Below, piece by piece: positions 9,662 to 20,557 of a DNA stretch of 64,000 nt. How positions within the stretch are numbered: the stretch's first letter is position 1; each line of letters begins with the position of its first letter. Below the pieces are notes generated by a model. It was not told where the DNA came from. It searched no databases and saw only the letters and a program-made list of their open reading frames with translations. A program made the translations under genes and the position numbers. This DNA is from an uncultured virus (IMG/VR IMGVR_UViG_3300042864_000170) (taxonomy: Duplodnaviria > Heunggongvirae > Uroviricota > Caudoviricetes): the IMG/VR virus record IMGVR_UViG_3300042864_000170. One strand, 5' to 3'.

Positions 9662-10498
9662 ATGCAAAATTTACCAGTCTATTTATATAATTACAAACTC
9701 GATGTAACATTAGATTTGGACGCTACTGTAAGAGGAGTAAACCAGGTTATGTACCAGCGAGACCTAAAGATACAAAAAGGTATCAAAAATCAAGTTAGAA
9801 TTCAGTTTAAAAATAGCGACCAAAAAAATGTTAGAATCTACAACACGCAAACATTTGTATTCAGTATGTTTGATGCTATCAATCAGAGATTAATAGTTGA
9901 AAAACAAATCGAAGTACTAGATGTAGCAACTACTTCAACCAAGGGATTAGCTATACTAACTCTTAATGAGAGTGATACATTAGATTTAGATAGAACCAGT
10001 TATCAATATACAATTAAACTTAGAGAATCTGATGGAGCCTATCTCCCAACTTATTCTAATACTTACTACGGAATGGCAGGAACCCTGCATCTAAGTTCTG
10101 AAGTATTTCCTGTTCTCAAAGACAGCACCACTATAAACACGTTTAATATTACATACAACGACGATATACAGAAGTATGAGCATAAGAGTGGAAACATCTA
10201 TGCTAACCCAGAATACAATGGTAATAGCGCATTGCACACATTAGCCATGTACATGACCGGATATAAGGGGACCGTATACATTCAAGGAACCCTGGACAAC
10301 ACTCCGGGATCAAGTGGAAATTATTCTAACATCGTTACCAAGACTTATACTGGATTTACCGGAATAGATTCGATTAACTTTAATGGTGTCTATACCTATA
10401 TTAGAATTCTACATGTTCCTGGAACTGCACCTGCAGAATCTAATAATGATAATCCTAGTTTCTTCGGATCGTTTGACAAAGCACTTTACAGAAGCTAA
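9662..10498 (+). CDS. Putative virion (baseplate-like) protein
   Basis: Thr/Asn/Tyr-rich, beta-type composition; TAAATA 4 nt upstream. Confidence 0.5.
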   Translation: MQNLPVYLYNYKLDVTLDLDATVRGVNQVMYQRDLKIQKGIKNQVRIQFKNSDQKNVRIYNTQTFVFSMFDAINQRLIVEKQIEVLDVATTSTKGLAILTLNESDTLDLDRTSYQYTIKLRESDGAYLPTYSNTYYGMAGTLHLSSEVFPVLKDSTTINTFNITYNDDIQKYEHKSGNIYANPEYNGNSALHTLAMYMTGYKGTVYIQGTLDNTPGSSGNYSNIVTKTYTGFTGIDSINFNGVYTYIRILHVPGTAPAESNNDNPSFFGSFDKALYRS

Positions 10499-10501
10499 AC
10501 T
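10473..10501 (+). promoter_or_regulatory. sigma70-type promoter for primase
   Basis: TTGACA-N17-TAAACT just upstream of GTG 10508. Confidence 0.55.
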
Positions 10502-10507
10502 GTATAT

Positions 10508-11512
10508 GTGAACGATATACAATCTGCATTACTGACATTACTGCCTTCTAAGAGGAAACTTACATCCGGTGGATGGACCAGTTTTAATGCTCCCTGCTGT
10601 CATCACAGAGGAGAACGTCAAGATGAAAAACTGCGTGGCGGTATTAGAGTAGAGAATGACGGGTTTGTATATCATTGTTTCAATTGTGGATTTGCCGCAG
10701 GATGGACTCCTGGTAAAATTCTAAGCAAGAATACCAAAAGCCTATTTCAATGGATAGGCATGAATGAGATAGACATAGGTAAACTTAATCTTGCGGCACT
10801 CAAGATCAAAGATGACCAGCCCGTTCTTAAGAAAGCACTAAATTTAGTATTATTAGAAAAACCCTTGCCCGATGGCACAATGTCTGTAATGGAATGGATT
10901 AATACCGGGTACTTGCCCGATGTAGCAGAAGACATTGGCAAGATAGTAGAATACATTTTAAGTAGGGGTATGGAGCTCGATTGGTACAATTGGATGTGGA
11001 GTCCTGCATCGGGCTATGTAGATAGAGTACTAATACCGTTTTATCAAGATGGAAAGGTAATAGGATACACTGGCAGAAAAATCAATCCCGGCAACCCTAA
11101 GTACTTGACAGATAGTCAAAGTGGATATGTTTTTAATTTGGATCGTCAAGGGTGGAATCGTCAATGCGTCATAGTCGTAGAAGGACAATTTGATGCTATA
11201 GCTATAGATGGCGTAGCCATTATGACGAACGAGCCTAACGATGCCCAGATTGCAAGATTGACTGGATTAGGAAAAGAAATTATAGTAGTACCAGACAGAG
11301 ATCGCCCCGGTGCCAAGATGCTCAAATCAGCAATAACCAATGGCTGGAGTGCTAGTTTGCCTCCGTGGGGCGATGACGTCAAAGATGTAGCAGATGCTGT
11401 AAAGAAATATGGACGACTGTATGTGTTAGCCACAATCTTGCACTACAAGGTTGCGGGCGAGATAAAAATAAATCTAATGAAGAAGAAACTAGAAGCGTTA
11501 AGAGATGAATAA
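10508..11512 (+). CDS. DNA primase (zinc-binding domain + TOPRIM)
   Basis: PCC..YHCFNC zinc site; VVEGQFDA and PDRD TOPRIM motifs. Confidence 0.85.
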   Translation: MNDIQSALLTLLPSKRKLTSGGWTSFNAPCCHHRGERQDEKLRGGIRVENDGFVYHCFNCGFAAGWTPGKILSKNTKSLFQWIGMNEIDIGKLNLAALKIKDDQPVLKKALNLVLLEKPLPDGTMSVMEWINTGYLPDVAEDIGKIVEYILSRGMELDWYNWMWSPASGYVDRVLIPFYQDGKVIGYTGRKINPGNPKYLTDSQSGYVFNLDRQGWNRQCVIVVEGQFDAIAIDGVAIMTNEPNDAQIARLTGLGKEIIVVPDRDRPGAKMLKSAITNGWSASLPPWGDDVKDVADAVKKYGRLYVLATILHYKVAGEIKINLMKKKLEALRDE

Positions 11513-12977
11513 AAAAGAAAAACCACAAAAACCCAATTATGACTTTGAAGTGCAAAAGCTGTACTTGGAAATGTTTCTAAGCGATGCTGAGACGTTTGTA
11601 CGTTGTCAAAATATTTTTGATCCCAAAAACTTTGATCAGCGACTGCAAGAAAGTGCAGAGTTCATTACAAAATATGTAGATGAATACAAGGTAATGCCCG
11701 AGGCCAATATCGTCAACGCATCTACAAGAAGTCAGTATAACCCAGTTGCATTGCCCAGAGAAAACTATGAATGGTTAATGAATGAGTTTGAAAACTTTAG
11801 CAGACACAAAGGACTAGAAAGGGCAATTATCGAGTCTAGTGATTTGTTAGAGTCCGGAGACTACGGTCCAGTTGAAAAACTAATTAAGGATGCTATACAG
11901 ATATCTCTAAACAAAGATATGGGTACAGATTACTTTGAAGATCCCAGAGCACGTCTGACTAAACTTAAAGATGGCAATGGGCAGATCAGCACAGGATGGC
12001 CCAGCATTGATAAGAAATTATACGGCGGATTTAACCGAGGTGAACTGAATATCTTCTGTGCTGGATCAGGTGGCGGCAAGAGTTTGTTCTTAGCCAACTT
12101 AGGAGTGAACTGGGCACTAGCTGGACTTAATGTCTTATATCTTACATTTGAATTAGCCGAAGGCCTCGTAGGTATGCGACTCGATAGTATGATGACAGGT
12201 ATTACAACTCGAGAGATCTTTAAGAACATCGACGACGTTGAACTCAAGGTCAAGATGTTGGGCAAGAAGAGTGGTAACTTACAGGTTAAGTATATGCCAT
12301 CGGGCAAGAACTGTAACGATATCCGTGCCTACTTGAAAGAGTATCAGGTCAAGAAAGGTTGCAAGCCCGACGTTATTCTAATTGACTATTTGGACTTGAT
12401 GATGCCGTTGAGTGTTAAAGTTAGCCCAAGTGACCTGTTCGTTAAGGACAAGTATGTGTCGGAAGAAATTCGTAACTTGGCTATGGAAACACAATGTATC
12501 ACAGTCACAGCGTCACAGTTAAACCGTAGTGCTGTTGAAGAAATTGAGTTTGATCACAGCCACATCTCGGGCGGATTGAGTAAGATTATGACGGCGGATA
12601 ATGTTATCGGTATCTTTACGTCACGTGCTATGAAAGAACGTGGGCGGTATCAAATACAGTTTATGAAGACACGTAGTTCTAGTGGTGTTGGGCAAAAAGT
12701 TGATCTAGAGTTTAATGTAGATACATTGCGTATTAGCGACCTAGGTGAAGATGAGCAAGAAGGCAGTTTCAGTCAGCAACGGCAACAGGGTGGCGGAAGT
12801 AGTGTCTATGCAGGCCTAAAAAGGACCAGCACAGTGTCAACTACTACTGATCCCGAAACTGGAGAAATTATTCCAATTGATCCTACAAAAGGTGTAGCTG
12901 TTAGTAAAAATAAACACGCCAAGGGTGTTGCCGACATTAGAAGTATGTTGGCTAATTTAAATCCTGAAAAAGATTAA
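11505..12977 (+). CDS. Replicative DnaB/gp41-type helicase
   Basis: GSGGGKS Walker A, IDYLDL, ASQLNR, KTRSS. Confidence 0.9.
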   Translation: MNKKEKPQKPNYDFEVQKLYLEMFLSDAETFVRCQNIFDPKNFDQRLQESAEFITKYVDEYKVMPEANIVNASTRSQYNPVALPRENYEWLMNEFENFSRHKGLERAIIESSDLLESGDYGPVEKLIKDAIQISLNKDMGTDYFEDPRARLTKLKDGNGQISTGWPSIDKKLYGGFNRGELNIFCAGSGGGKSLFLANLGVNWALAGLNVLYLTFELAEGLVGMRLDSMMTGITTREIFKNIDDVELKVKMLGKKSGNLQVKYMPSGKNCNDIRAYLKEYQVKKGCKPDVILIDYLDLMMPLSVKVSPSDLFVKDKYVSEEIRNLAMETQCITVTASQLNRSAVEEIEFDHSHISGGLSKIMTADNVIGIFTSRAMKERGRYQIQFMKTRSSSGVGQKVDLEFNVDTLRISDLGEDEQEGSFSQQRQQGGGSSVYAGLKRTSTVSTTTDPETGEIIPIDPTKGVAVSKNKHAKGVADIRSMLANLNPEKD

Positions 12978-13534
12978 AACCAATTTGCAATTTGTAAACG
13001 ACCTGATTCAGCTATAACTTTGTGCCACTGGTCAATATCATCTGATCCAAATACAGTTTCGACTTCAGCAGGAGCATAACTCCATGAACTCCATGAATGC
13101 CAAGGTTCTTTTCCTGCAACTTCCCCTTCAATGTGTCCGGGCAACCAACGTGTAAATCCTGCAACTACTCTGAAATGTTCAGGACCTTCTCCCTTGCTTA
13201 TTGCGGCAAGAACTGAAACATCATGACTTACTCCAATTCGATTTGTAACTTTAGTAGTGTTAGATGTATACCAGTCTAGACTATGTATTACATGTATTCT
13301 ATTAGTTGACTCTTGACCGCCGTTGTATAAAGGCTGGTCTTGATCTGTATGTAAGCCTACATTCTGCATTACAGTTTGAAACGTGATATCATTTGTAAAT
13401 GGTTTATTGATCTGGAGTCCTATAGCCCCGGTTGCATCATGATCTAATATTAGCAATACTCCTTTACGAAGAATCGGTTCCTGTCGTCTAGGATGAGCTG
13501 CTAAAAGATAACCTCTATAATTTTGTTCAATCAT
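12974..13534 (-). CDS. YqgE/AlgH (DUF179) family protein
   Basis: LLAAHP, GAIGLQINKP, YNGG, GFTRWLPGHIEGE. Confidence 0.8.
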   Translation of the reverse strand: MIEQNYRGYLLAAHPRRQEPILRKGVLLILDHDATGAIGLQINKPFTNDITFQTVMQNVGLHTDQDQPLYNGGQESTNRIHVIHSLDWYTSNTTKVTNRIGVSHDVSVLAAISKGEGPEHFRVVAGFTRWLPGHIEGEVAGKEPWHSWSSWSYAPAEVETVFGSDDIDQWHKVIAESGRLQIANWF

Positions 13535-13563
13535 AATAATATTTAATCAATAAATAATATTCT

Positions 13564-14256
13564 ATGCGAATGATTGAATTTACCAAGGGCTACGAGGAAC
13601 ATGATCGATTAAATCCCAAACTATGGGATGGTATACAACTGCGCCCCGAAGTTAAAGTTAAGCTGTTACAGATTGCAGAAAAATTTAGAGAATTTATAGA
13701 TATCGATGTTCCTGTTATCGATGTACAAATAACCGGAGGTCAAGTCACTTATCACTATACCGAGCAAAGCGATCTTGATCTGCATCTAATTATAGACTAT
13801 GGTAAAATACAGTGTGATCAAGAAGTGGAAGAATTGTTGGACACTAAACGATTACTGTTTAAAGAAAAATTTCAAATCAATATCAGAGGTATTCCTGTAG
13901 AGCCCGGAACAGAAGATCAAACTCGTCCGACTGTAAGTTCAGCGTGGAGTCTTAAAACTAATAGCTGGATACGCGAGCCAAAGAACTATAGTGGCAAAAT
14001 AGACCGTAAAAGCATCGAAAAGCAGTACGAGTACTGGGATAATTTAATCAGGTATGTTTTGAATCAAAACGACTTCGAAATGGCTCAAAAAGTTCTAAAA
14101 TTATTACGAAAATACCGCAAAATAGGTCTAAAACAGACCGGAGAATACGGGATAGAAAATTTAGTATATAAGAGCTTACGTAACAGTAAATCATTAGAAA
14201 AGCTAGTATCTTATATAGATCAGACATTTGATAAAAATTTAAGCATCAATAAGTAA
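13564..14256 (+). CDS. Pol-beta-superfamily nucleotidyltransferase
   Basis: ITGG-x9-SDLDLH; GEYGIENLVYKSLR. Confidence 0.7.
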   Translation: MRMIEFTKGYEEHDRLNPKLWDGIQLRPEVKVKLLQIAEKFREFIDIDVPVIDVQITGGQVTYHYTEQSDLDLHLIIDYGKIQCDQEVEELLDTKRLLFKEKFQINIRGIPVEPGTEDQTRPTVSSAWSLKTNSWIREPKNYSGKIDRKSIEKQYEYWDNLIRYVLNQNDFEMAQKVLKLLRKYRKIGLKQTGEYGIENLVYKSLRNSKSLEKLVSYIDQTFDKNLSINK

Positions 14257-14272
14257 ACTTTTATAAAGAATC

Positions 14273-14302
14273 AAAAGGAGCCTGAGGGTTCCTTTCTTGT
14301 TT
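14273..14302 (+). terminator. Probable intrinsic terminator
   Basis: AAAGGAGCC/GGTTCCTTT hairpin followed by T-rich tract. Confidence 0.5.
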
Positions 14303-14334
14303 GTAAATATCAACAACATTTACACAGGATAAAA

Positions 14335-14934
14335 ATGACCTTAGAAGAAATGATCCGTAAAACTGGCAAGCGCCAGGACTCATTCCAAATAATGATAGAG
14401 CATTTAAAAACTTGTGAAGAACCATTAATAATTGAAACAGGATGCGCTCGTCCTCCACATAAAGAGTGGGGAAGCGAAGACGTAAGTTTTAAAGATGAAG
14501 GATTCAGCACAAGAATTTTTGATGCATTCATTAATCAAAGCGGCGGTGAATTACACTCCGTTGACATCAATCCAGAACACGTAGAATATGCACTTACTCA
14601 AGTAAGCGATCGAGTACAAATCCATTGCAGTGACAGCGTTGAATTTCTCTGGCAAGCAAATCAGAACTTAACTGAAACAGAGAACTATGTAGATCTGTTA
14701 TACTTAGATAGTTATGATTACGAACCAGAAGACCCATGGCCCAGTGCTGCACATCACATTAAAGAACTTGCGGCAATTATGTCTAGACTGCGGCCTGGTT
14801 CACTTGTTGCTGTAGATGATAATTTTATTGTCAATGGGCAACGTCAAGGCAAAGGTGCATACATTTATGATTTTATGCAGAGCATCGGCAAACCTTTAGT
14901 ACATGAAGGTTATCAATACATTTGGAGATTTTAA
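14335..14934 (+). CDS. Class I SAM-dependent methyltransferase
   Basis: IIETG, SVDI, DLLYLDS, VAVDD. Confidence 0.75.
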   Translation: MTLEEMIRKTGKRQDSFQIMIEHLKTCEEPLIIETGCARPPHKEWGSEDVSFKDEGFSTRIFDAFINQSGGELHSVDINPEHVEYALTQVSDRVQIHCSDSVEFLWQANQNLTETENYVDLLYLDSYDYEPEDPWPSAAHHIKELAAIMSRLRPGSLVAVDDNFIVNGQRQGKGAYIYDFMQSIGKPLVHEGYQYIWRF

Positions 14935-15770
14935 TGAAAGTATATGATTGTTTTCCATTCTTTAACGAATTAGACGTTTTAGAAATTCGATTGAAAGAAC
15001 TGTGGGACGTAGTTGACGTATTTGTTTTAGCAGAATCAAATCTAAGTCACAGCGGTAAACCCAAAGAATATATCTTTGAAAATAACAAAGAGAGATTTAG
15101 TCAGTGGATGAGTAAGATTCGTCATATAAAAGTAGAAGACATGCCCGAGACTGAAGACTCGTGGGTCCGTGAACGTTTCCAGCGGGTTTGTCTTGACCGA
15201 GGCCTATATGATATGGAACCCGAAGACATTGTTATTGTCAGTGACTGTGACGAAATTACTCGTGCTGAGATCGTTACTTTGATAAAAGAAGATGAGAATA
15301 ATTATGACAAATACATCTTGAACATTCCGCAATTTCAATATAAACTAAACTACATGAAAGTTTATAACGTTTCAAAAAATGCCAACATCATGGTAACAAG
15401 AGGTCGTTGTTATTCAAACGCACAACAAGAAAGAGAATGGACATTCTTTTGGAACGCAAAGCCAGAAAACACAGTATTTGTGGATCATGGCGGCTGGCAT
15501 TTCACTTACCTAGGTGATGATCAACATGCGATTACCAAAATTCAAAACTTTGCTCACACAGAAACTGATACACCTGATATGATCAAGCGTCACAATATCA
15601 AATGGTTTATACAAAACAAATACGGACATCATGGTCCCAATGACAGCGAAAGATATGAGTGGGTTCAACTAGATGATTACTTTCCCGAATGTGTTACTAG
15701 TAATGTTGAACAATACAAAGATATGATTTTAGAAGGCGCAGTATTACGTGCCACAGATATGTATAGATAA
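14934..15770 (+). CDS. Glycosyltransferase family 17-like
   Basis: YDCFPFFNELDVLEIRL, SDCDEI, GGWHFTY. Confidence 0.8.
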   Translation: MKVYDCFPFFNELDVLEIRLKELWDVVDVFVLAESNLSHSGKPKEYIFENNKERFSQWMSKIRHIKVEDMPETEDSWVRERFQRVCLDRGLYDMEPEDIVIVSDCDEITRAEIVTLIKEDENNYDKYILNIPQFQYKLNYMKVYNVSKNANIMVTRGRCYSNAQQEREWTFFWNAKPENTVFVDHGGWHFTYLGDDQHAITKIQNFAHTETDTPDMIKRHNIKWFIQNKYGHHGPNDSERYEWVQLDDYFPECVTSNVEQYKDMILEGAVLRATDMYR

Positions 15771-15780
15771 GAAAGAAATT

Positions 15781-16557
15781 ATGACAACATTTTCACATTC
15801 AGGTACCATGGGCGACACATTGTGTAGCATGGTTGCAGTTAAAATATTAGGCGGTGGTGATGTTTACCTTCGTCTAGGTAATCTTAAAAAAATGATTCAA
15901 GAAAAGTTAGGGTGGCCTGATGCAGGACGTCACAACGATAAGATGAGACAAGTAGACTTTGATCAAATGGAAGAGTTTATGTTGCATCAACCGTACATTA
16001 ATAGTTTTAAAGTATGGAACGGTGAAGATATTGATTACGAACTTGAAGATGCAGCATTGCATTTAGAGACAGGTTTCTTACCTCGTAATTTTAGTAATCA
16101 ACATGCACTAGCCAATGGCATTGATCACAAATATCATTTCAGACAACTTCAAATAGATCCATGGATGGAATGTCGTAATCCTATTAAGATTCCAGGACGT
16201 CCTATCGTAGTACATCGTAACATGAACTACCAAGACGGAAATGAAAAAGACAGCAAAACATGGCAAAACGTTTGTCAAAGAGGATTAACTGACCAGGGCG
16301 TATTTGTAGGCAGTGAAGAAGAACATGCGGCCTTTGAAGAAATATTCAAAGTATGGGTACCTCATTATAGAACAGAAAATCTAATGGAACTTGCTCGAGT
16401 TATTCAAGGTAGTGAATACTTTGTTACCAGCATGGGTGGACCTAGTGCAGTTGCACTGGCTTTGGGTAAGACTATGATGCTAGAAGTTCGTAAGAACGAA
16501 CCATTCGAGCGTTTAGAAATTAACTATCCTTTTAGATTAAACATTCAATATTTCTAA
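15781..16557 (+). CDS. GT-B / GT9 (heptosyltransferase)-like protein
   Basis: HSGTMGD N-terminus; LMELARVIQGSEYFV; paralog of 37948-38706. Confidence 0.5.
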   Translation: MTTFSHSGTMGDTLCSMVAVKILGGGDVYLRLGNLKKMIQEKLGWPDAGRHNDKMRQVDFDQMEEFMLHQPYINSFKVWNGEDIDYELEDAALHLETGFLPRNFSNQHALANGIDHKYHFRQLQIDPWMECRNPIKIPGRPIVVHRNMNYQDGNEKDSKTWQNVCQRGLTDQGVFVGSEEEHAAFEEIFKVWVPHYRTENLMELARVIQGSEYFVTSMGGPSAVALALGKTMMLEVRKNEPFERLEINYPFRLNIQYF

Positions 16558-16558
16558 A

Positions 16559-17305
16559 ATGCGTGTAGCCTTAATCAGCGGCGGCCATCCCAGGTTTACC
16601 GGAGACTTTATTGCTTTAATGCATCAACTAACTGGCTTTGAGTCTGCGGACCTCTATCTAAATTTTTGGAACAGTGACTGGGTTTCGACTGAAGCAGAGG
16701 GCAGAGCTAGGATAGAATCAGTGCTGTTGCCAAATTACCGTTTAGCAAAACTAAAGATTACAGAACAACCAGCATGGAATCTTCCACTACACTCGCTGTC
16801 ACATCCGCCGGCCTCTCCTGAAAACATTCGTTGGTGGTATCAACGTAGAATAGGAATGTGGCAATCCTTGTACATGGCCTTTGATTTAATTGACCAGGAC
16901 TACGATCTTGTAATTAGATTTAGACCAGACGGCATGCTAAATAGAATTATCGATCTAAGATCACTTGATGTTCAAGATGACATTGTGATTCCTAAAAATG
17001 GATGTGGGTGGAGTCAATGGCCTGTCAATGATCAATTTGCCTTAGGTACTTATAATAGTATGCGATTGTACGCTGACATAGGTAGACAATATAATCAGCT
17101 GGTAGTAGAATCAGATCCACAATGGGAACACAACGGACACGGAAACTGGTCCGGAGAACATATACTGGGCCACTACCTTAATAAGAACAATATAAAATAC
17201 AGATTAGAAAACTTCGATCACGTCTTAACCACAAGAGGTCGTTCTAAGTTTACTGACAAACATTATCACTTGCCCGTTACGCAAGATCCAACAATACTAT
17301 CATGA
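16559..17305 (+). CDS. Putative glycosyltransferase-like protein (G.PRF / YDLVIR.RPD family)
   Basis: Paralog of 19790-20557 and 20554-21330. Confidence 0.5.
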   Translation: MRVALISGGHPRFTGDFIALMHQLTGFESADLYLNFWNSDWVSTEAEGRARIESVLLPNYRLAKLKITEQPAWNLPLHSLSHPPASPENIRWWYQRRIGMWQSLYMAFDLIDQDYDLVIRFRPDGMLNRIIDLRSLDVQDDIVIPKNGCGWSQWPVNDQFALGTYNSMRLYADIGRQYNQLVVESDPQWEHNGHGNWSGEHILGHYLNKNNIKYRLENFDHVLTTRGRSKFTDKHYHLPVTQDPTILS

Positions 17306-18678
17306 ATAAACTTGTAATCTTTGACTTAGATGGTGTACTGATAGAAAGTAGAGAACTACACTATCATAGCCTAAATGCCGCATTAGAATCTGTTGATAAA
17401 AAATATGTGATCAACAGAGACGAACACCTTAGTGTATATGACGGACTCAATACTACTAAAAAATTAAAATTACTATCTGAAACAAAAGGATTGCCTGCAG
17501 AATTTCATGATCTAATATGGCGTAAAAAACAAGAAGCTACATTTGATCTAATTCGCAAATTTGATTTTGATTATAAACTAATTGACATATTCACTAGACT
17601 AAAAAAGCAAGGTTACTTGATTGCAGTAGCCAGTAACAGCATACGAGAAACTGTTAAACTAAGTCTGCTTAAAATAGGAGTCATGGAATATGTTGATTAC
17701 TACGTTAGCAATCAAGATGTTACTTTACCTAAACCGTATCCAGAGATGTACTGGCAGTGTATGACAGTCTGCAATGCCCTACCTCGCAATACACTAATCA
17801 TTGAAGACAGTCACATTGGTAGACAAGGTGCATTGGACAGTGGTGGAAACTTACTGGCTGTAGAAGACTCACACGATGTGACCTGGTCAAAAATTAATAA
17901 TAAATTATCACATATGAACTCACAAACAATTAAAAATAATATTCCTTGGAAAGACAGTAAACTTAATGTGCTGGTACCCATGGCAGGTGCAGGTAGTAGA
18001 TTTGCACAACAAGGATACACATTCCCTAAACCTTTAATTGAAGTCAACGGCAAACCGATGATTCAAGTAGTTGTGGAAAATCTAAACATCGACGCACACT
18101 TTATTTTCATTGTACAAAAAGAACATTACGAAAAATACAATCTAAAGTATTTGCTCAATCTAATTGCACCAGGATGTGATATTGTGCAGGTCGAAGGAGT
18201 AACTGAAGGGGCAGCTTGCAGTACATTGCTGGCTAAAGATTATATCAACAACGATGCTCCGTTAGTTATGGCCAACAGTGATCAATTCATCAAATGGAAC
18301 AGTAACGAATGTATGTACGCATTCAACGCAGATGAAATTGACGGGGGTATCATTACCTTTGAAGCGAGCCATCCAAAGTGGAGTTATGCCCGTGTAGGAG
18401 ATGACGGCTTTGTCAGTGAAGTTGCTGAAAAGAAAGTTATCAGCAACGATGCCACTGTTGGAGTTTACTACTGGAAGCACGGCAGTGACTACGTTAAATA
18501 TGCCGAAGAAATGATTGAAAAGAACATTCGTGTTAACAATGAATTTTATGTTTGCCCCGTGTTTAATCAAGCAATTGAAGCAGGTAAGAAAATTAAAGTT
18601 AAGAAAATTCAAAAGATGTGGGGTATAGGCACTCCGGAAGATCTAAATCATTTCTTAGCAAATCATAAAGAAGATTAA
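17302..18678 (+). CDS. HAD phosphatase fused to sugar-phosphate nucleotidyltransferase
   Basis: FDLDGV...KPYP...EDS; PMAGAGSRF..PKPLI. Confidence 0.85.
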   Translation: MNKLVIFDLDGVLIESRELHYHSLNAALESVDKKYVINRDEHLSVYDGLNTTKKLKLLSETKGLPAEFHDLIWRKKQEATFDLIRKFDFDYKLIDIFTRLKKQGYLIAVASNSIRETVKLSLLKIGVMEYVDYYVSNQDVTLPKPYPEMYWQCMTVCNALPRNTLIIEDSHIGRQGALDSGGNLLAVEDSHDVTWSKINNKLSHMNSQTIKNNIPWKDSKLNVLVPMAGAGSRFAQQGYTFPKPLIEVNGKPMIQVVVENLNIDAHFIFIVQKEHYEKYNLKYLLNLIAPGCDIVQVEGVTEGAACSTLLAKDYINNDAPLVMANSDQFIKWNSNECMYAFNADEIDGGIITFEASHPKWSYARVGDDGFVSEVAEKKVISNDATVGVYYWKHGSDYVKYAEEMIEKNIRVNNEFYVCPVFNQAIEAGKKIKVKKIQKMWGIGTPEDLNHFLANHKED

Positions 18679-18681
18679 AGT

Positions 18682-19362
18682 ATGAGCAAATATATTCTAT
18701 TTGACATCGGTGCAAATCAGGGTCAAGACAGTTTAGACAGAACACGTAACGACACCTCAGTAGAGACCTGGGCATTTGAACCTATTCCCGAATTGTTTAG
18801 TAGAATAGACACTGCAAGAAAAAATGGGTACACATGGCAATTTTATCATCGTGCTGAACCAGCTGGCGTTAGCTACGAAGATCGTTATCATGTATTTCCT
18901 TTGGCAATTAGTGACTATGACGGTGAGTCAACATTTTATGTTGCCGATCGTGATCCAGTAGGTGACTGGGGCGCTAGCAGTCTATATCCATTTGTTGACG
19001 AAGTAAGTCAGACCTGGCCCGGGCGGCGAGACCTAGTTACCACAAGAACTGTTACAGTCAAAGTTTCTAGATTTGATACGTGGTATAAATCACAGGGCCT
19101 GAACTTGGAAAAGATCGATTACTTTCATTGTGATACACAGGGCAGTGACCTACGTGTGCTCAAAGGCATGGGCGACTATGTACGCCTAATTCAAGAAGGT
19201 GTTGTGGAATGTGCTCGGGATGAAGCAGGGAAACTCTACAAAGAAAACCACACAGTGGCCGAGATGAAAGATTTCCTTTCTGAACATGGATTTGCTGTGT
19301 TTCACGAACAATTAAACGACCAGTGGTCAAATGAACTCAACTTATATTTTAGAAAGAAATGA
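18682..19362 (+). CDS. FkbM-family methyltransferase
   Basis: FDIGANQG, AFEP, HCDTQGSD. Confidence 0.8.
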   Translation: MSKYILFDIGANQGQDSLDRTRNDTSVETWAFEPIPELFSRIDTARKNGYTWQFYHRAEPAGVSYEDRYHVFPLAISDYDGESTFYVADRDPVGDWGASSLYPFVDEVSQTWPGRRDLVTTRTVTVKVSRFDTWYKSQGLNLEKIDYFHCDTQGSDLRVLKGMGDYVRLIQEGVVECARDEAGKLYKENHTVAEMKDFLSEHGFAVFHEQLNDQWSNELNLYFRKK

Positions 19363-19808
19363 AACTGATAGCACATCGTGGACTGATCAATGGTCCTAAC
19401 CGTTCATTAGAAAATCAACCACAGCAGATTAAAAATAGTCTAGCTCTGGGCTACGATTGTGAAATTGACCTATGGGTATTTGACGGCAGACTTTATCTAG
19501 GACACGATGGTCCACAGTACAACATTACTAGAGAATTTTTAGATCAACCGGGTCTGTGGATACACGCCAAACACATAGACGCACTTGACTGGTTGTTGGG
19601 CAAAGATTTGAATTATTTCTGGCATCAAGAAGATCATTACACACTGACCAGTAAAAACTACATTTGGGCCTATCCAGGATATCCTGTAACTGGGAGAAGT
19701 GTACAGGTCATGCCCGAAACTGCGGATCTCACACTGAGTAATCTAGACTGGAAATGTCATGCTATATGCAGTGACTGGATTCTAAAGATTCAAGCCCAGC
19801 GCCCGTAA
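19359..19808 (+). CDS. GDPD-like phosphodiesterase
   Basis: IAHRG, EN, EIDLW, LGHD, HAK. Confidence 0.75.
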   Translation: MKLIAHRGLINGPNRSLENQPQQIKNSLALGYDCEIDLWVFDGRLYLGHDGPQYNITREFLDQPGLWIHAKHIDALDWLLGKDLNYFWHQEDHYTLTSKNYIWAYPGYPVTGRSVQVMPETADLTLSNLDWKCHAICSDWILKIQAQRP

Positions 19809-20557
19809 TCGCTACGGTAAGCATCTCGTTCAACAGCGCCAAACTTACGCAACACTACTTCATAGCTGTCTTTATTATGGTTAGTCAGTCCCTGTGCTGC
19901 TATGTGAAATGCCAACATGGTTTCTGGATGATAGATCAAACCTAGTTTATGATGATACTCAACTATGTACTGAGCTAGATCACAGTAAGTGGACATTGCA
20001 CTGCTCTGCCCCAGTGCCATCATGTCGTTGGTCTTGTGCCCATAGCCGTGTACTTCATTTCTGGGAGTGATAACAGTTCGGGGATTTTGTTTTAGATATT
20101 CTAGACAATGTTCTAGATCCAAGGGTGCAGCCAAGCCTAGATCCGGGCGTGTGCGTATGACCAAATCATAGGGCTGTCCCGTGGCCCGTTCATGTACTCG
20201 GCGCTGTAGATCACATTCCCTCACACTGGTATACATGCCCCACATTCGTTCCACGCTGGTTTCCCCTGCTTTGTGGTGTACCCGAGGCGGAGGATAACTG
20301 CTTCGATTCTCTATGCTTAGATTAATCAACTGGTGCCCTGCAGGCAGATAGCTGTTCAAGCGACTGTGTGCTGTTTCATATTCCATGTGACGCCAACTGG
20401 GCGCTACAACATCTACTCCACGATGTTCTTCACATTGACTGTCCTGCCACAGCCAAACAAACCAGTCCACTGTGGTATAGCCCCGGAGATTTTCCAGAAG
20501 CAGATCGAATTCTCTACAGAATCTAGGTTCTCCGGGTAATAACAATGCTACTCTCAT
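19790..20557 (-). CDS. Putative glycosyltransferase-like paralog
   Basis: GEPRF, YDLVIRTRPD, HPET; ATGA-coupled. Confidence 0.55.
   Translation of the reverse strand: MRVALLLPGEPRFCREFDLLLENLRGYTTVDWFVWLWQDSQCEEHRGVDVVAPSWRHMEYETAHSRLNSYLPAGHQLINLSIENRSSYPPPRVHHKAGETSVERMWGMYTSVRECDLQRRVHERATGQPYDLVIRTRPDLGLAAPLDLEHCLEYLKQNPRTVITPRNEVHGYGHKTNDMMALGQSSAMSTYCDLAQYIVEYHHKLGLIYHPETMLAFHIAAQGLTNHNKDSYEVVLRKFGAVERDAYRSDYGRWA

Noticed and set aside
663..12977. Inteins or introns in the helicases, primase or dnaE
   Set aside because: Helicase and primase lengths are normal; no intein-like termini or adjacent continuing DnaE frame seen
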